DNA of 64,000 nucleotides from Candidatus Poribacteria bacterium (lineage in GTDB: Bacteria; Poribacteria; WGA-4E; WGA-3G). Where the stretch lies: NCBI GenBank assembly GCA_965215265.1, contig OZ244048.1, positions 2,944,001 to 3,008,000 on the forward strand, given 5' to 3'. Below, in pieces: positions 8,372 to 18,041 of the stretch (positions are counted from its first letter, which is position 1; the number at the start of each line of letters is the position of its first letter). Position numbers and translations under genes: made by a program. Below the pieces are notes generated by a model. That model did no database searches. It was not told where the DNA came from and saw only the letters and a list, made by a program, of their open reading frames with translations.

Positions 8372-8968
8372 TTATAAATCGTGCTTAATATCGGTTTCCG
8401 GTTTTCCAAGGTTTCCAGCCCCAAAGGGCGAGCGAAGCCTGAGATATTGTTGTTTACCTTCTTTATTGGTGTAAGTGATCTGGTGCACTTGAATCTGCGT
8501 GAGTGTCAGCTCTTCTAAAAAGCGGTCACCGTTCTTGACAATGAGCCTGCGATATTTCGGGTGGTTGCTCTGTAAAATCGCGGTGTTCTTCTCGGTATCA
8601 GCGTATATCACTGTCCCAATGAGTTCGAGTTTGAGTGTCCATTCGTATTTGCGATATCCGAGCGGACGGAACAGATTATTGTCTATAATCACCTGACAGT
8701 GGGGCGGCAGTTTCACAAAAGAACGCTGGGGCATCTGTCGCTGGATGTGCAGTTTGGGTGCACGTTTGCCTTGCATTTGATAGAGGTGCTGTCGCAACTG
8801 CTCTCGGAGTGCGGAATCCGTCTGGAGATCCGCGAGAGTCGCCCCTTCTTTTTTGAGTAACGTTTGTATTAATGCAGGCGGTGTATCCTCATTATTACCA
8901 AAGGGAGTAGGCACTATAAGGAGCGATAAGATTCCTAAAAAACTGAAAAGTCTAATGCTTCGTTTCAT
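8372..8968 (-). CDS. GspC/type II secretion protein C-like periplasmic-domain protein
   Basis: N-terminal TM; IIDNNLFRPLG..LELIGTVI..TAIL..VKNGD..I....ITY pattern. Confidence 0.6.
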   Translation of the reverse strand: MKRSIRLFSFLGILSLLIVPTPFGNNEDTPPALIQTLLKKEGATLADLQTDSALREQLRQHLYQMQGKRAPKLHIQRQMPQRSFVKLPPHCQVIIDNNLFRPLGYRKYEWTLKLELIGTVIYADTEKNTAILQSNHPKYRRLIVKNGDRFLEELTLTQIQVHQITYTNKEGKQQYLRLRSPFGAGNLGKPETDIKHDL

Positions 8969-10127
8969 GAGTCTTCTCTATCGTATGCACGATCTTCAGA
9001 AAATAGACATCTCCGTCAAAATGCGGGCTATTTTCTGCGGTGTGGCATGTCAGGCAATTCATCTGTGGCACCTGCCCATACCCACCCAGGCTTGGGTTCT
9101 TCACGTGATTGCCACCGACACCATGACAGGTTTCGCAGCCGACATCCATAAGCATCGGTGTCTGCAACTCGCTGAGAAACCCCGTCTGAAACCCAAACCC
9201 AACGGTATGACACGGCAAACACTCCGGGTCTTTTTCCCGTCCCTTTTCAACAAGTGTGTGATACGCATGTGCATGCTTTGTTTTTTTCCAACTGACGTAT
9301 TCCGAGGCGTGACACGTTTGACAACTTGCGTTCCCAGCATACATTCCCCCGGTTGAAAGCGGTTCTTGTTCCACATCTACTACCAGATTTTCAGCGGAGA
9401 GCATCTGTTGATACAACGCGAGCAGCTCCATCATCCGAGGCGAGTCAGGGATGCGCTCTGAAAGTGTCTGTAACTGAAAACGAGAATCTCCCTGGTTTCC
9501 ATTGTTATCCCAATAAAGGTCAAGCCGTCCCAAGGCTTTTCCCTTCGTGCCGGGGTTGAGTAACAAGGTATTCCCAATAGAGATGGGTTCCATCAGTGCT
9601 TCTGAGTGTTCATCTCCAATGAGTATCACGTCAATTTTCGGAAAAGCTGTTGCCAATGCCTTCGCTTCGTTGACAGGCGCGTGCGCCAGCAAGACGATGA
9701 AATCACATTCCGCAGAAAGTTGGAGAATGAGTTCTCTCAGCACGTCCACTGGGGGTTTCAACGTTAAATCCGCACCTGTGTTTTCAGCATAGACATCAAA
9801 TCGTTGGGAGGTAACCCCGACAATGCCCACCTTTCCTTGACGTTTATTCAGCACCACGTTATGAATCACATAAGGATGAAAAACACGCACGTCGCCTTCA
9901 AACAGATTCGCGGACAGAAAAGGAATATCAGAGGTTTCTGAGAAATACTTTAACGTCTCTATTCCTAAAAGTAAGTCACGCGGTCCAACATTAAAGGCAA
10001 CATATTCCATCTCTTTGAGTGCCGTAAATCCGATTTCTGCTTTCATCTCATTCGCCCTTTCTTGATATGAACCAAAAAGGATTGTTAGGGCTTCAGGCAC
10101 AGGTTGACTCGACTCGCAATGCCTCAA
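8952..10127 (-). CDS. truncated 5'-nucleotidase-like domain fused to tetraheme cytochrome c (c554-like)
   Basis: PFLSAN, VGIVGV, VLLAH, IDVIL.G; four CxxCH motifs (CQTCH, CLPCH, CETCH, CLTCH); start uncertain. Confidence 0.8.
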   Translation of the reverse strand: MRHCESSQPVPEALTILFGSYQERANEMKAEIGFTALKEMEYVAFNVGPRDLLLGIETLKYFSETSDIPFLSANLFEGDVRVFHPYVIHNVVLNKRQGKVGIVGVTSQRFDVYAENTGADLTLKPPVDVLRELILQLSAECDFIVLLAHAPVNEAKALATAFPKIDVILIGDEHSEALMEPISIGNTLLLNPGTKGKALGRLDLYWDNNGNQGDSRFQLQTLSERIPDSPRMMELLALYQQMLSAENLVVDVEQEPLSTGGMYAGNASCQTCHASEYVSWKKTKHAHAYHTLVEKGREKDPECLPCHTVGFGFQTGFLSELQTPMLMDVGCETCHGVGGNHVKNPSLGGYGQVPQMNCLTCHTAENSPHFDGDVYFLKIVHTIEKTHETKH

Positions 10128-11379
10128 TGGGTGACATCCGCATCGCTTTTATAGCAGGATACAGCCCGAACCCGATACCGAGTAACACTGAAAAGCAAAC
10201 TGAAATCAGCACCCATTGAGGCGAGAGAACTGCCGGCCATTGAGGGACGATTTTCACAATCTGCACGGCGAGATGGGCCATTCCTGCCCCGGCGAAGATG
10301 CCGAGGCCAATGCCGAATAACCCACCGATACCACACAGGATCACCGATTCACTCAAAAACTGCAACAGAATATCCGAATGTTTCGCACCGAGTGCCTTTC
10401 GCAATCCGATTTCGCGCGTGCGTTCTCCGACAGCCACCAACATCATGTTCATAATGCCGATACCCCCGACGAGGAGGGAAAACCCGGCGATGCTGCCCAA
10501 TCCGATTTTAAGAATCGTGCTGATTTTCGACAGTCGTTTTACCCCGCCTCGCACGTCAAAATGACCGAAGAACGTTTCGTTTCGGTGTCGTTTTTGGACG
10601 ACGGCGTAGACCTCTTCAATGGCCCTGGGCATGTCGGCTACGGTGTGTGCTTGCACCGCAATCTGCGGAATCCGATCGTTGCCAATGAAACGTTGTTGCA
10701 CCGTGGTCATCGGGAGAAAGGCCAGATCATCGAAACTAAAACCGAATTTCAAGCTGCGTCCGCGCGGCATGAGCGTTCCGATAACCGTGAACCGTTCGCT
10801 TTGATGTGCGTATTGCCCGCTGCCACGAAAAATTTTAATCTCTTTTCCAAGTGGCGATGCTGCGCCGAACAGTTCGGTAGCGACATTTGCACCGAGCACG
10901 ACGACTTTCGTGGCGTTTTCAACGTCTTCATCCGAAATAAAACGTCCGGTTTGCAAGTCCCATTCCATCGCTGCAGTGTAGGCAGCATCCACGCCGTTAT
11001 AGCCGGCACGGATGTTCGAGCCATCTGGGGCTCGCATCAGTACGCGCGTCCATTGCGGTATCCGCGGGCTAACCACTTTCACGGACGGGCAGTCTGCCGC
11101 AATCGCCAATACATCGCCATAGTTAAAATGTTCCCGGCTCCGGAACGGGACACGGCGGCCGTTCTCCCGTTTGGCATTGAGACGTAAAAGGGTAAAGGTG
11201 TTCATCCCGCCGATTTTTTCAAGATCCTGGATAATAATCTGTTTCGCACCATCGCCGATAGCAATCATCGCCTGTACCGCCGCGATGCCGATGAGAATGC
11301 CTAGCATCGTGAGCAACGAGCGAAGTTTGTGCTGAAGCAGCGAGCGGATTCCGATGGCAATGCCTTCCGATAGGCGCAT
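10093..11379 (-). CDS. MacB-like ABC transporter permease
   Basis: RSLLTMLGILIGI, VGGIGIMNMMLVAV.ERTREIGLRKALGA, GLYPA..A..MSPIEALR. Confidence 0.93.
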   Translation of the reverse strand: MRLSEGIAIGIRSLLQHKLRSLLTMLGILIGIAAVQAMIAIGDGAKQIIIQDLEKIGGMNTFTLLRLNAKRENGRRVPFRSREHFNYGDVLAIAADCPSVKVVSPRIPQWTRVLMRAPDGSNIRAGYNGVDAAYTAAMEWDLQTGRFISDEDVENATKVVVLGANVATELFGAASPLGKEIKIFRGSGQYAHQSERFTVIGTLMPRGRSLKFGFSFDDLAFLPMTTVQQRFIGNDRIPQIAVQAHTVADMPRAIEEVYAVVQKRHRNETFFGHFDVRGGVKRLSKISTILKIGLGSIAGFSLLVGGIGIMNMMLVAVGERTREIGLRKALGAKHSDILLQFLSESVILCGIGGLFGIGLGIFAGAGMAHLAVQIVKIVPQWPAVLSPQWVLISVCFSVLLGIGFGLYPAIKAMRMSPIEALRVESTCA

Positions 11380-13128
11380 TTATGCCTCCTGCTCCTGTCT
11401 GGGCTGCAGTCCGGCGAACTGTTTCTGAAATAGGTTATGGTAGACACCGCTACGTTGAATGAGTTCGGCGTGTGTGCCGGTTTCAACGAGTCTGCCATCA
11501 CTGAGTACAAGGATTTTATCGGCGTTCAAGATGGTGGAGAGCCGATGTGCGATGACGAAGCTGGTACGCCCTTTCATCAGCCGCGTGAGGGCTTCTTGCA
11601 CGAGTGCCTCAGAGTCGGCATCGAGAGACGAGGTTGCCTCATCGAGAATGAGGATTTTCGGATTTCTGAGGATCACCCGTGCAAGCGCAACCCGCTGCTG
11701 CTCGCCGCCAGATAACCGAACCCCTCGCTCACCTACCTTGCTTTCGTACTGGTCGGGGAAATTCATAATGAAGTCGTGCGCGTTTGCCAACTTTGCGGCG
11801 GAGACAACTTCTTCATGGGAGACAGATTCCGGATCTTCTGCACCAAGGCGAATGTTATAGGCGATGCTCTCGGCAAACAGATACGGGGCTTGGAAAACAA
11901 TGCCGATATGGGCTCGCAACGATTGAATTTGTATTTTATGGATAGGGAGGGTATCGATAAAGATGCTGCCCTGTTGCGGTTCGTAGAAGCGTGGAATGAG
12001 TTTCATTAATGTGCTTTTCCCCGCACCGCTCGGGCCAACTATCGCCAATGTGTTGCCGGGGGCCGCTTCAAAACTAACATCCTTCAAAACAGGTAGGGCT
12101 TCGCTATATCCGAAAGAGACATTCGAGAATTGGACACGCCCCACAATCTGTTGAATGGGTACCCCTTCTTGAGCTTCTTCCTCGTGTTCATCGAAAAATG
12201 CGAAAATTCTCCGCGCCGCAACCAGAATGGATGGAATTCTCAGATGAAGGCTAACCAGCCCCTCGAGGGGACGATACACGCAACTAAACCACATGGTTGT
12301 CGCAAAGAGTTCGCCCACAGTAATAGTCCCACTTAGGACATACCTTCCACCGAATAAAAATACTAAAGCTGTGGCTGTCCAGACCAGGACAATAGTGATG
12401 CTCCCTGCCTGCCGGATTGTTTGCTGTTTGACATGGATGGATACAAGCTGTTTGAGTGCCTGCCGGAGGTTCACCAAATCGTAGAGCTCTTTTCCGAGTC
12501 CTTTAAGTTCGCAAGATCCGGCAATGCTTTCCTGCAAGCTGCCGGATAGCGAAGCCGTTTGTTCTTGAACGGCCGCTCCCATTCGCCGGAGCGGCTTGTC
12601 TAAAAATATGGGGATCAGCACATTCACCATGACAAGAAGTAAGGAGAAGACACATAACTGCCAACTAACGAACGTAATAACGATGAGTGTCACACCCAGC
12701 ATGATAGTGTTTACGAGATAGTCGCCGGCAAATACGCGGAACCCCTGGACCGCTTTTGGCGTATCCGAGGTGAATATCGCCATGACTTGCCCAGTTTGGT
12801 GTGTGTCGTAAAATCGAAACCCTAATTTGCGCAGATGGTGGTAGGCTTCGAGTTGGATATCTTTGGACCCATTTTCGGAGATCTTTGTCGGAAAGTGAGC
12901 AAGTCCTAGCGCGAATAAGTACATAACTACTGATGTCAAGATATAGAGTCCACATGCAGGCAGCAGCAGGGCAACATTTTTAGCAATAAATACATCGTCA
13001 ATTAACAGTTTCTTAATCCAGGGCAGAATCAGAAAGCCGCCGGAGTAGCCGAGGGAGGAAATGATAAAGAGCAATTGAAGATGCCAATACGGTCTCAGAT
13101 ATGACAAAAGTCGCAGAACGTCTTTCAT
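11380..13128 (-). CDS. ABC exporter, fused TMD-NBD (MsbA-like), no N-terminal peptidase domain
   Basis: GPSGAGKST, LSGGEQQR, ILILDEATSSLD, IAHRLST. Confidence 0.93.
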   Translation of the reverse strand: MKDVLRLLSYLRPYWHLQLLFIISSLGYSGGFLILPWIKKLLIDDVFIAKNVALLLPACGLYILTSVVMYLFALGLAHFPTKISENGSKDIQLEAYHHLRKLGFRFYDTHQTGQVMAIFTSDTPKAVQGFRVFAGDYLVNTIMLGVTLIVITFVSWQLCVFSLLLVMVNVLIPIFLDKPLRRMGAAVQEQTASLSGSLQESIAGSCELKGLGKELYDLVNLRQALKQLVSIHVKQQTIRQAGSITIVLVWTATALVFLFGGRYVLSGTITVGELFATTMWFSCVYRPLEGLVSLHLRIPSILVAARRIFAFFDEHEEEAQEGVPIQQIVGRVQFSNVSFGYSEALPVLKDVSFEAAPGNTLAIVGPSGAGKSTLMKLIPRFYEPQQGSIFIDTLPIHKIQIQSLRAHIGIVFQAPYLFAESIAYNIRLGAEDPESVSHEEVVSAAKLANAHDFIMNFPDQYESKVGERGVRLSGGEQQRVALARVILRNPKILILDEATSSLDADSEALVQEALTRLMKGRTSFVIAHRLSTILNADKILVLSDGRLVETGTHAELIQRSGVYHNLFQKQFAGLQPRQEQEA

Positions 13129-13298
13129 ATTATGTCCCTTTTAGTCCAGAATAGGCCTTAGAGAACTGGGGGAAACATGTGCGCAACCAAATTTCAACAG
13201 CTAAAGGGGAATCTATGTAAACATAGGGTTGAAAAACTGAAGAAACCAAAGTTTACCTAAAGATACCTTATGCTGTTTTAACCCGTAACGTTTGAAAA

Positions 13299-13709
13299 CT
13301 ATCTCTTGGTATTCTGTGTTGTTAAACCAAGGCGTGTTTGGATCGTAGTAAGAAAAAACATCTTTTGCTCAAGGATTCGGTGCATCCGTTTTGCCAATGT
13401 GGTGGATTTCGCGGTGATGCGTTTCATGCCTTCTTCATACCCATGCGTGTCAATTATCTCCCGTGCCCACATTTCTAGTGCTTTGCGTTTCTGTCTAACC
13501 CGTTCTAGCGAGGTTTTGCAGCAGCCACATCCTTTTTCCTCCAGCGGTGAGTTTTTGGTGGATTGGACGTGCTCTATTCTTGTTGCTGCAGGGTCTTTCT
13601 GTACGTGACGACGATCGGCAGGCAATGTTGATGTCTGTCCTTGGACCCAGTAAAAGGTGATTCCTGTGACAACACTGACAATACAGACAATATATAAGAT
13701 GGACTTCAT
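13299..13709 (-). CDS. membrane-anchored hypothetical protein with CGCC motif
   Basis: N-terminal TM helix; KGCGCCK. Confidence 0.65.
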   Translation of the reverse strand: MKSILYIVCIVSVVTGITFYWVQGQTSTLPADRRHVQKDPAATRIEHVQSTKNSPLEEKGCGCCKTSLERVRQKRKALEMWAREIIDTHGYEEGMKRITAKSTTLAKRMHRILEQKMFFLTTIQTRLGLTTQNTKR

Positions 13710-13712
13710 GAT

Positions 13713-14453
13713 TTATTCTCCTACGTGAAAACGAAGGTTGAATTGGTGTTCAATATCATCTCCGGATTCAAGTAGCAATTGTTTAGATTCCTTTAGGTAT
13801 TCGAGATGGTCGGCAATAACTTGGACGGCTTCTGGAGGACTAATTTTTGACACAAGTCTTATCATTGCCTCTGTATGGTAAATCGCATCGTCAATTGTAA
13901 GGGTGCCTTCATTGTTGCGTCTGACGGTTTCAACGATGATATTAACATCCGGGTCATCGCCATACTGTTCACGGAAAGCCGCGTCAAGCCGTTGGTAGGC
14001 ATATTCGGGCTCGGTTGCGAGATAGGCATTGTAATCGTCAAATCCTGCTTTCACCACTTCATAGTCATAAGGGACCGCCTCGGGAGCTTCACCGATGTCC
14101 CCGGCGGCGATAGCGTCTGTTGCGGCTTCTTCAAGGAGAGTGTCCAAGTCACTGTCAAGATTGGTATCGTCAGGATAAACATCGATATCGTCAGGATAAA
14201 CATCGACCACAGCTTCTGTGAGTTCTACCTCGACATGTGCTGAGTTTTCTACAGAGGTATCTGTGGCAGAGGTGACTTTTTGTCCTTGTTGTGCTGGTTC
14301 TGCCGGGGCCGTCTCACGTGTTTCTGTCTGTGGGGATGGTGCTTTGGGCAGTGCCGCTTCGAAACGTCTGATGTCCCACTGGAGGTAAAACCACAACCCT
14401 GTACAGATGATGATAACAGTAAGTAGTATAGTCATAACGGTTCGCATTTTCAT
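13713..14453 (-). CDS. membrane-anchored acidic hypothetical protein
   Basis: N-terminal TM; internal DVYPDD duplication. Confidence 0.7.
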   Translation of the reverse strand: MKMRTVMTILLTVIIICTGLWFYLQWDIRRFEAALPKAPSPQTETRETAPAEPAQQGQKVTSATDTSVENSAHVEVELTEAVVDVYPDDIDVYPDDTNLDSDLDTLLEEAATDAIAAGDIGEAPEAVPYDYEVVKAGFDDYNAYLATEPEYAYQRLDAAFREQYGDDPDVNIIVETVRRNNEGTLTIDDAIYHTEAMIRLVSKISPPEAVQVIADHLEYLKESKQLLLESGDDIEHQFNLRFHVGE

Positions 14454-14532
14454 AAGTTTCTAATCCTTTAAATCTATAGATTTGAAAATCCGCCGCCGGG
14501 GGTGAGGTCTGGCGCGGTATCTATCAGGGGTT

Positions 14533-15464
14533 TTATTCTTTCTTTTTCGGTAACAACCCCTGAATCTCAAAGCTGAATTTGATTGTATCCGTCTCAAGCG
14601 AGCCTTGTTTTTCAAGCAATTTGCTGATGTTCCGAAGTCTTTTTAAACCCTTTTCGAGGTTTTGAAGCTGATCTTTATGCTTTTCTGGATCTCCATGATT
14701 GAGGATCTGAGTTTGTAATTCCATCAGGGCGATAAGCTCGGGATAGGAGACACGTTTTTTAGCTGAGAAGGCTAGCACGGTGTCAACCAATTCTTCGATG
14801 CGCGGATGATTGTTAAACTCGGCTGCCATGAGTGGGAGGAGTTTTGCGCGGGCTGCTGCTGGATCGGTCTCGAAAAGTGTTTTTAAATCGGATTCAGAGT
14901 TCTGAGCGTGCGATTCATCGGTGCTTGCTTTGCGATCTTCTCCTCGGGAAGAATCGCCCGTCTTTGGCTCAGACGTGTGGTTAGGTTCGTGGCCATGGCT
15001 GTGGTTTTGGTATGATTTTTCCATGGCACCATACTTTTGATATGCTTCTTGGAGACGCTGCATCTCGAAAGGATACTTCTGAGCGTCTCCTGTTTCCATC
15101 ATTCGGGGGGTAAGCATCCGGATTTCCAATTCCGCCAGGCGTTTTACATCCGAGGGGTGTTGCGTGCCTTCGCTGCAAATTCGGAAGTAGAGCGGGACCC
15201 ATTCGTCTACGAGGGGGTGTTCTCCGAATAGTTTTTTCGCGACGTTTTGGAGTTCCGTGCGTGCAGCCTTTTGGTTCGTCTTGAGTCGTTCCTTAAACGT
15301 TGCAAGCGAATCTGCCCAAAGTGCATCGCTAATTGCTTCCAGGGGGGGGCGTGAGAATGAGGCGAAGATACTTTTTCTTTTGCATCCGCTATATAACAAA
15401 AGGGCAGAAAAAATAAATTGTAAAATAGGATCCATCCCAAGAGTCGAAAATTCAAAAATATCAT
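14533..15464 (-). pseudogene. secreted hypothetical protein frameshifted at a C8 tract (15342-15349)
   Basis: AAGGA RBS, ATG 15464 and signal peptide (..CYIADA) are in one frame and the body is in another; C9 would fuse them. Confidence 0.6.
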
Positions 15465-15542
15465 GATTCTATCCTTGTTGTGTGTGCGTGTGCTTGTCGA
15501 TTGAAATCTGAAAATTGCCATTTTGAAATCGAAGTCTTTATA

Positions 15543-15571
15543 ATTATACATCCTAAATCAGGTTTTGTTAA
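15543..15571 (-). promoter_or_regulatory. sigma70-type promoter TTAACA-N17-TATAAT heading the minus-strand cluster
   Basis: Plus strand ATTATA 15543-15548 and TGTTAA 15566-15571. Confidence 0.6.
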
Positions 15572-15867
15572 ATTAAAAATTGAGAAAAAGACTTTTTTTC
15601 GGAGAAATCCTCATTTTTCAACATTTTCTGCTAAAAAAAATGCGAATGAGGAGCATTCAGAGCGATGAGAGTCTCAATTCGTGGAATGTTTATAATTCAT
15701 CACCAAGACGGAGCATTGAAAACTTATGGGTAATAGTAAACTGATAAGGGGTTAGAGCCGTAAATTCCCTTGCTGATCAGGGCGGTTAGCTTTCCTCGCT
15801 TGGTGTACCAATCGATTTGACAGGACAGACCAGACCTCTTTTTGGTGGGACTAAATAGCTAACAAGG

Positions 15868-16734
15868 CTATAAATCGCTAATTTCAACAGCGCGTGCGCG
15901 TTCAATATCGTCCTGATATTTGAAGATGCACCCGAGTGTCTCTGCGACAATCTCGGCATCTAATTGTTCCTTACCGAGCGCAATGAGAGCCAATCCCCAG
16001 TCCAATGTTTCTGCGACACCCGGTTTTTTGTAGTAATCTCCTTGCCGCCAGTGTTGCATCATCTGACACAGCCGCGCCGCCAGTTGTGCATTAATCTGCG
16101 GAAGTTTGGCTTGAACGATGGACAACTCCTTCGCTACGCTCGGATAATCGATCCACTGATAGAGGCATCGTCGTTTAAGTGCTTCGTGTACCTCCCGGGT
16201 TCTATTGGAAGTCAGCACGACGTACGGAATATGCTTCGCGCGGATAGTACCGATTTCTGGGATGGTAATTTGGAAATCTGATAAGATTTCAAGCAGAAAT
16301 GCCTCAAATTCGCTATCGCTTCTATCCACTTCGTCGATAAGCAGCACTGGTGGGGCATCGCCATCGCTTTGGATGGCTTCAAGTAGGGGCCGCTTGAGTA
16401 AGAAAGCCTCACTGAAGAGATCTGTACCCAGCTCTTCCTTGTTGCGCCCACGTGCTTCATCAATCCGGAGCTGCAAAATTTGCCGCGTGTAGTTCCATTC
16501 GTATAAGGCACTGTTTGCATCTAAGCCTTCATAGCACTGTAGGCGGATGAGTTTCGTACCAGTGGCATCTGCGAGCACTTTGGCGACTTCTGTTTTCCCG
16601 ACACCGGGTTCACCTTCAAGAAAGATCGGTTTTTTGAGGTGGTGCGCGAGGTAGAGGGTAGTCGCTAAGCCTTTATCGGCAATATAAGCATATTTCTCAC
16701 ACACAGTCTGGACGTTTTCAATAGATTTAAACAT
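15868..16734 (-). CDS. MoxR-family AAA+ ATPase (CoxD-like)
   Basis: LEGEPGVGKTE, RLQCYEGLD, LLIDEVD, TSNRTREVHEALKRRC. Confidence 0.9.
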   Translation of the reverse strand: MFKSIENVQTVCEKYAYIADKGLATTLYLAHHLKKPIFLEGEPGVGKTEVAKVLADATGTKLIRLQCYEGLDANSALYEWNYTRQILQLRIDEARGRNKEELGTDLFSEAFLLKRPLLEAIQSDGDAPPVLLIDEVDRSDSEFEAFLLEILSDFQITIPEIGTIRAKHIPYVVLTSNRTREVHEALKRRCLYQWIDYPSVAKELSIVQAKLPQINAQLAARLCQMMQHWRQGDYYKKPGVAETLDWGLALIALGKEQLDAEIVAETLGCIFKYQDDIERARAVEISDL

Positions 16735-16741
16735 ACGCTGG

Positions 16742-17362
16742 TTATCTGTTTTCCTGAATAGCCCGTTCGTAATCTGCGCGGTAATCAATGTCCTGCAATA
16801 CCTTATCAGTGTCTACGATGACGTAGTGAATATCGGTGGCATACTGTTTGAAAAGCGTTCGGACACCGCCGCTTTCTGGTTCAAGGGCGAGAATTTCGTT
16901 TGCATACTGGCGTTGAAAGATAACCGGATGTCCACGCCGGTAGTTATAACTGGGCAAGGCAATGCGTTTTGCTGTCTGACTGTAGGCATCTATGACACTA
17001 TCAATGAGCTCTGCTGTAATAAACGGCTGATCGACTAGCATGAGCGCGAAGGCATCAGTTGTTTCAGTAAGAGAGCGAACGCCTGCTTGCGCGGAGGTTA
17101 ACATTCCTTCACGGTAATTCGGGTTAAAAACGGTTTTAATCGATCGCATGCCAAGTTTCTGTTGAACTTTCTCGGCTTGATGTCCAATAACGACAATCAC
17201 CTCATCCAGTTTTGAGTTGAGCATACTGTCAACCACTGTTTCGATGATGGTGCTTTCGCCAAACGGGAGTAACTGCTTTGGAGAACCCATCCGCGTTGAG
17301 AGCCCTGCAGCGAGCAGAATGCCCGAAATAATAGTTTTTGAAGTCCGCGCCATGTGCATCAC
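16742..17362 (-). CDS. molybdenum cofactor cytidylyltransferase-like nucleotidyltransferase (MocA/CoxF-like)
   Basis: LLAAGLSTRMGSPKQLL, LVDQP, GHPVIF, DID. Confidence 0.85.
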   Translation of the reverse strand: MMHMARTSKTIISGILLAAGLSTRMGSPKQLLPFGESTIIETVVDSMLNSKLDEVIVVIGHQAEKVQQKLGMRSIKTVFNPNYREGMLTSAQAGVRSLTETTDAFALMLVDQPFITAELIDSVIDAYSQTAKRIALPSYNYRRGHPVIFQRQYANEILALEPESGGVRTLFKQYATDIHYVIVDTDKVLQDIDYRADYERAIQENR

Positions 17363-17964
17363 GCCTTTTGCTCTACCATACTTGCAAGAATAGCGAGGAT
17401 TTTATCGCACCGCTCAATAGTGTAAGTTGCCATATCAATGTGTAGATTCCTATCCACTAATTTGAGGAACAACCAATCAATCCCTGTCGTGACAGCACCA
17501 TAAACGTAAGGGATGTCATTCTGTTGTTCAGTATTAAAACGTTGCGCGGCAAGCATCTCGGCAACACATTGTCCCAGGCCAAGTTTAACGTCAGCATTTT
17601 TTGCCTCCACAAGGAGGATGACAGGTGCCTCCAAATAAAATTGGTTTGGCGACAGGCTTATCAGAAAATCGCACACACCAACCAAGCCGTTTTCAGCATC
17701 AACGCTAAACTCAATTCCTGAAAAGAGGCTAATCCGCCGATTAAAGTGCACGCGAAGTTCAAACAGAATTTCGGAAACAATTAATTCCGAACGGGCTTTT
17801 TCTGTCCCTATAGCAACGGCTAGCGGTGCCTTTTCTGTTAATACCGTAGTAAGACGTGGATTCAGAACAACTGGCTCAACTTCTGAAAAGGTGCCTATTG
17901 ACTGCACCGTTTCTAGTTGAAACGTCTTCCTGACTGCATCCAAGGTCCAATTGCTATAAGCCAT
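17359..17964 (-). CDS. hypothetical PD-(D/E)XK nuclease-fold protein
   Basis: EKARSE, G.CDF, VEAK, GQC.AEM.AAQ, YGAVTTG..W.F. Confidence 0.75.
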   Translation of the reverse strand: MAYSNWTLDAVRKTFQLETVQSIGTFSEVEPVVLNPRLTTVLTEKAPLAVAIGTEKARSELIVSEILFELRVHFNRRISLFSGIEFSVDAENGLVGVCDFLISLSPNQFYLEAPVILLVEAKNADVKLGLGQCVAEMLAAQRFNTEQQNDIPYVYGAVTTGIDWLFLKLVDRNLHIDMATYTIERCDKILAILASMVEQKA

Positions 17965-18041
17965 GTGCGGTACCCCGGTTTGAGGAGTCGTTCCTAACGA
18001 AGCCGTACCCAGTTTCCGCAGAGTGTGCGGAAATTGCGTGA

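Noticed and set aside
10378-11187. 269-aa plus-strand ORF
   Set aside because: Antisense shadow of the MacB permease
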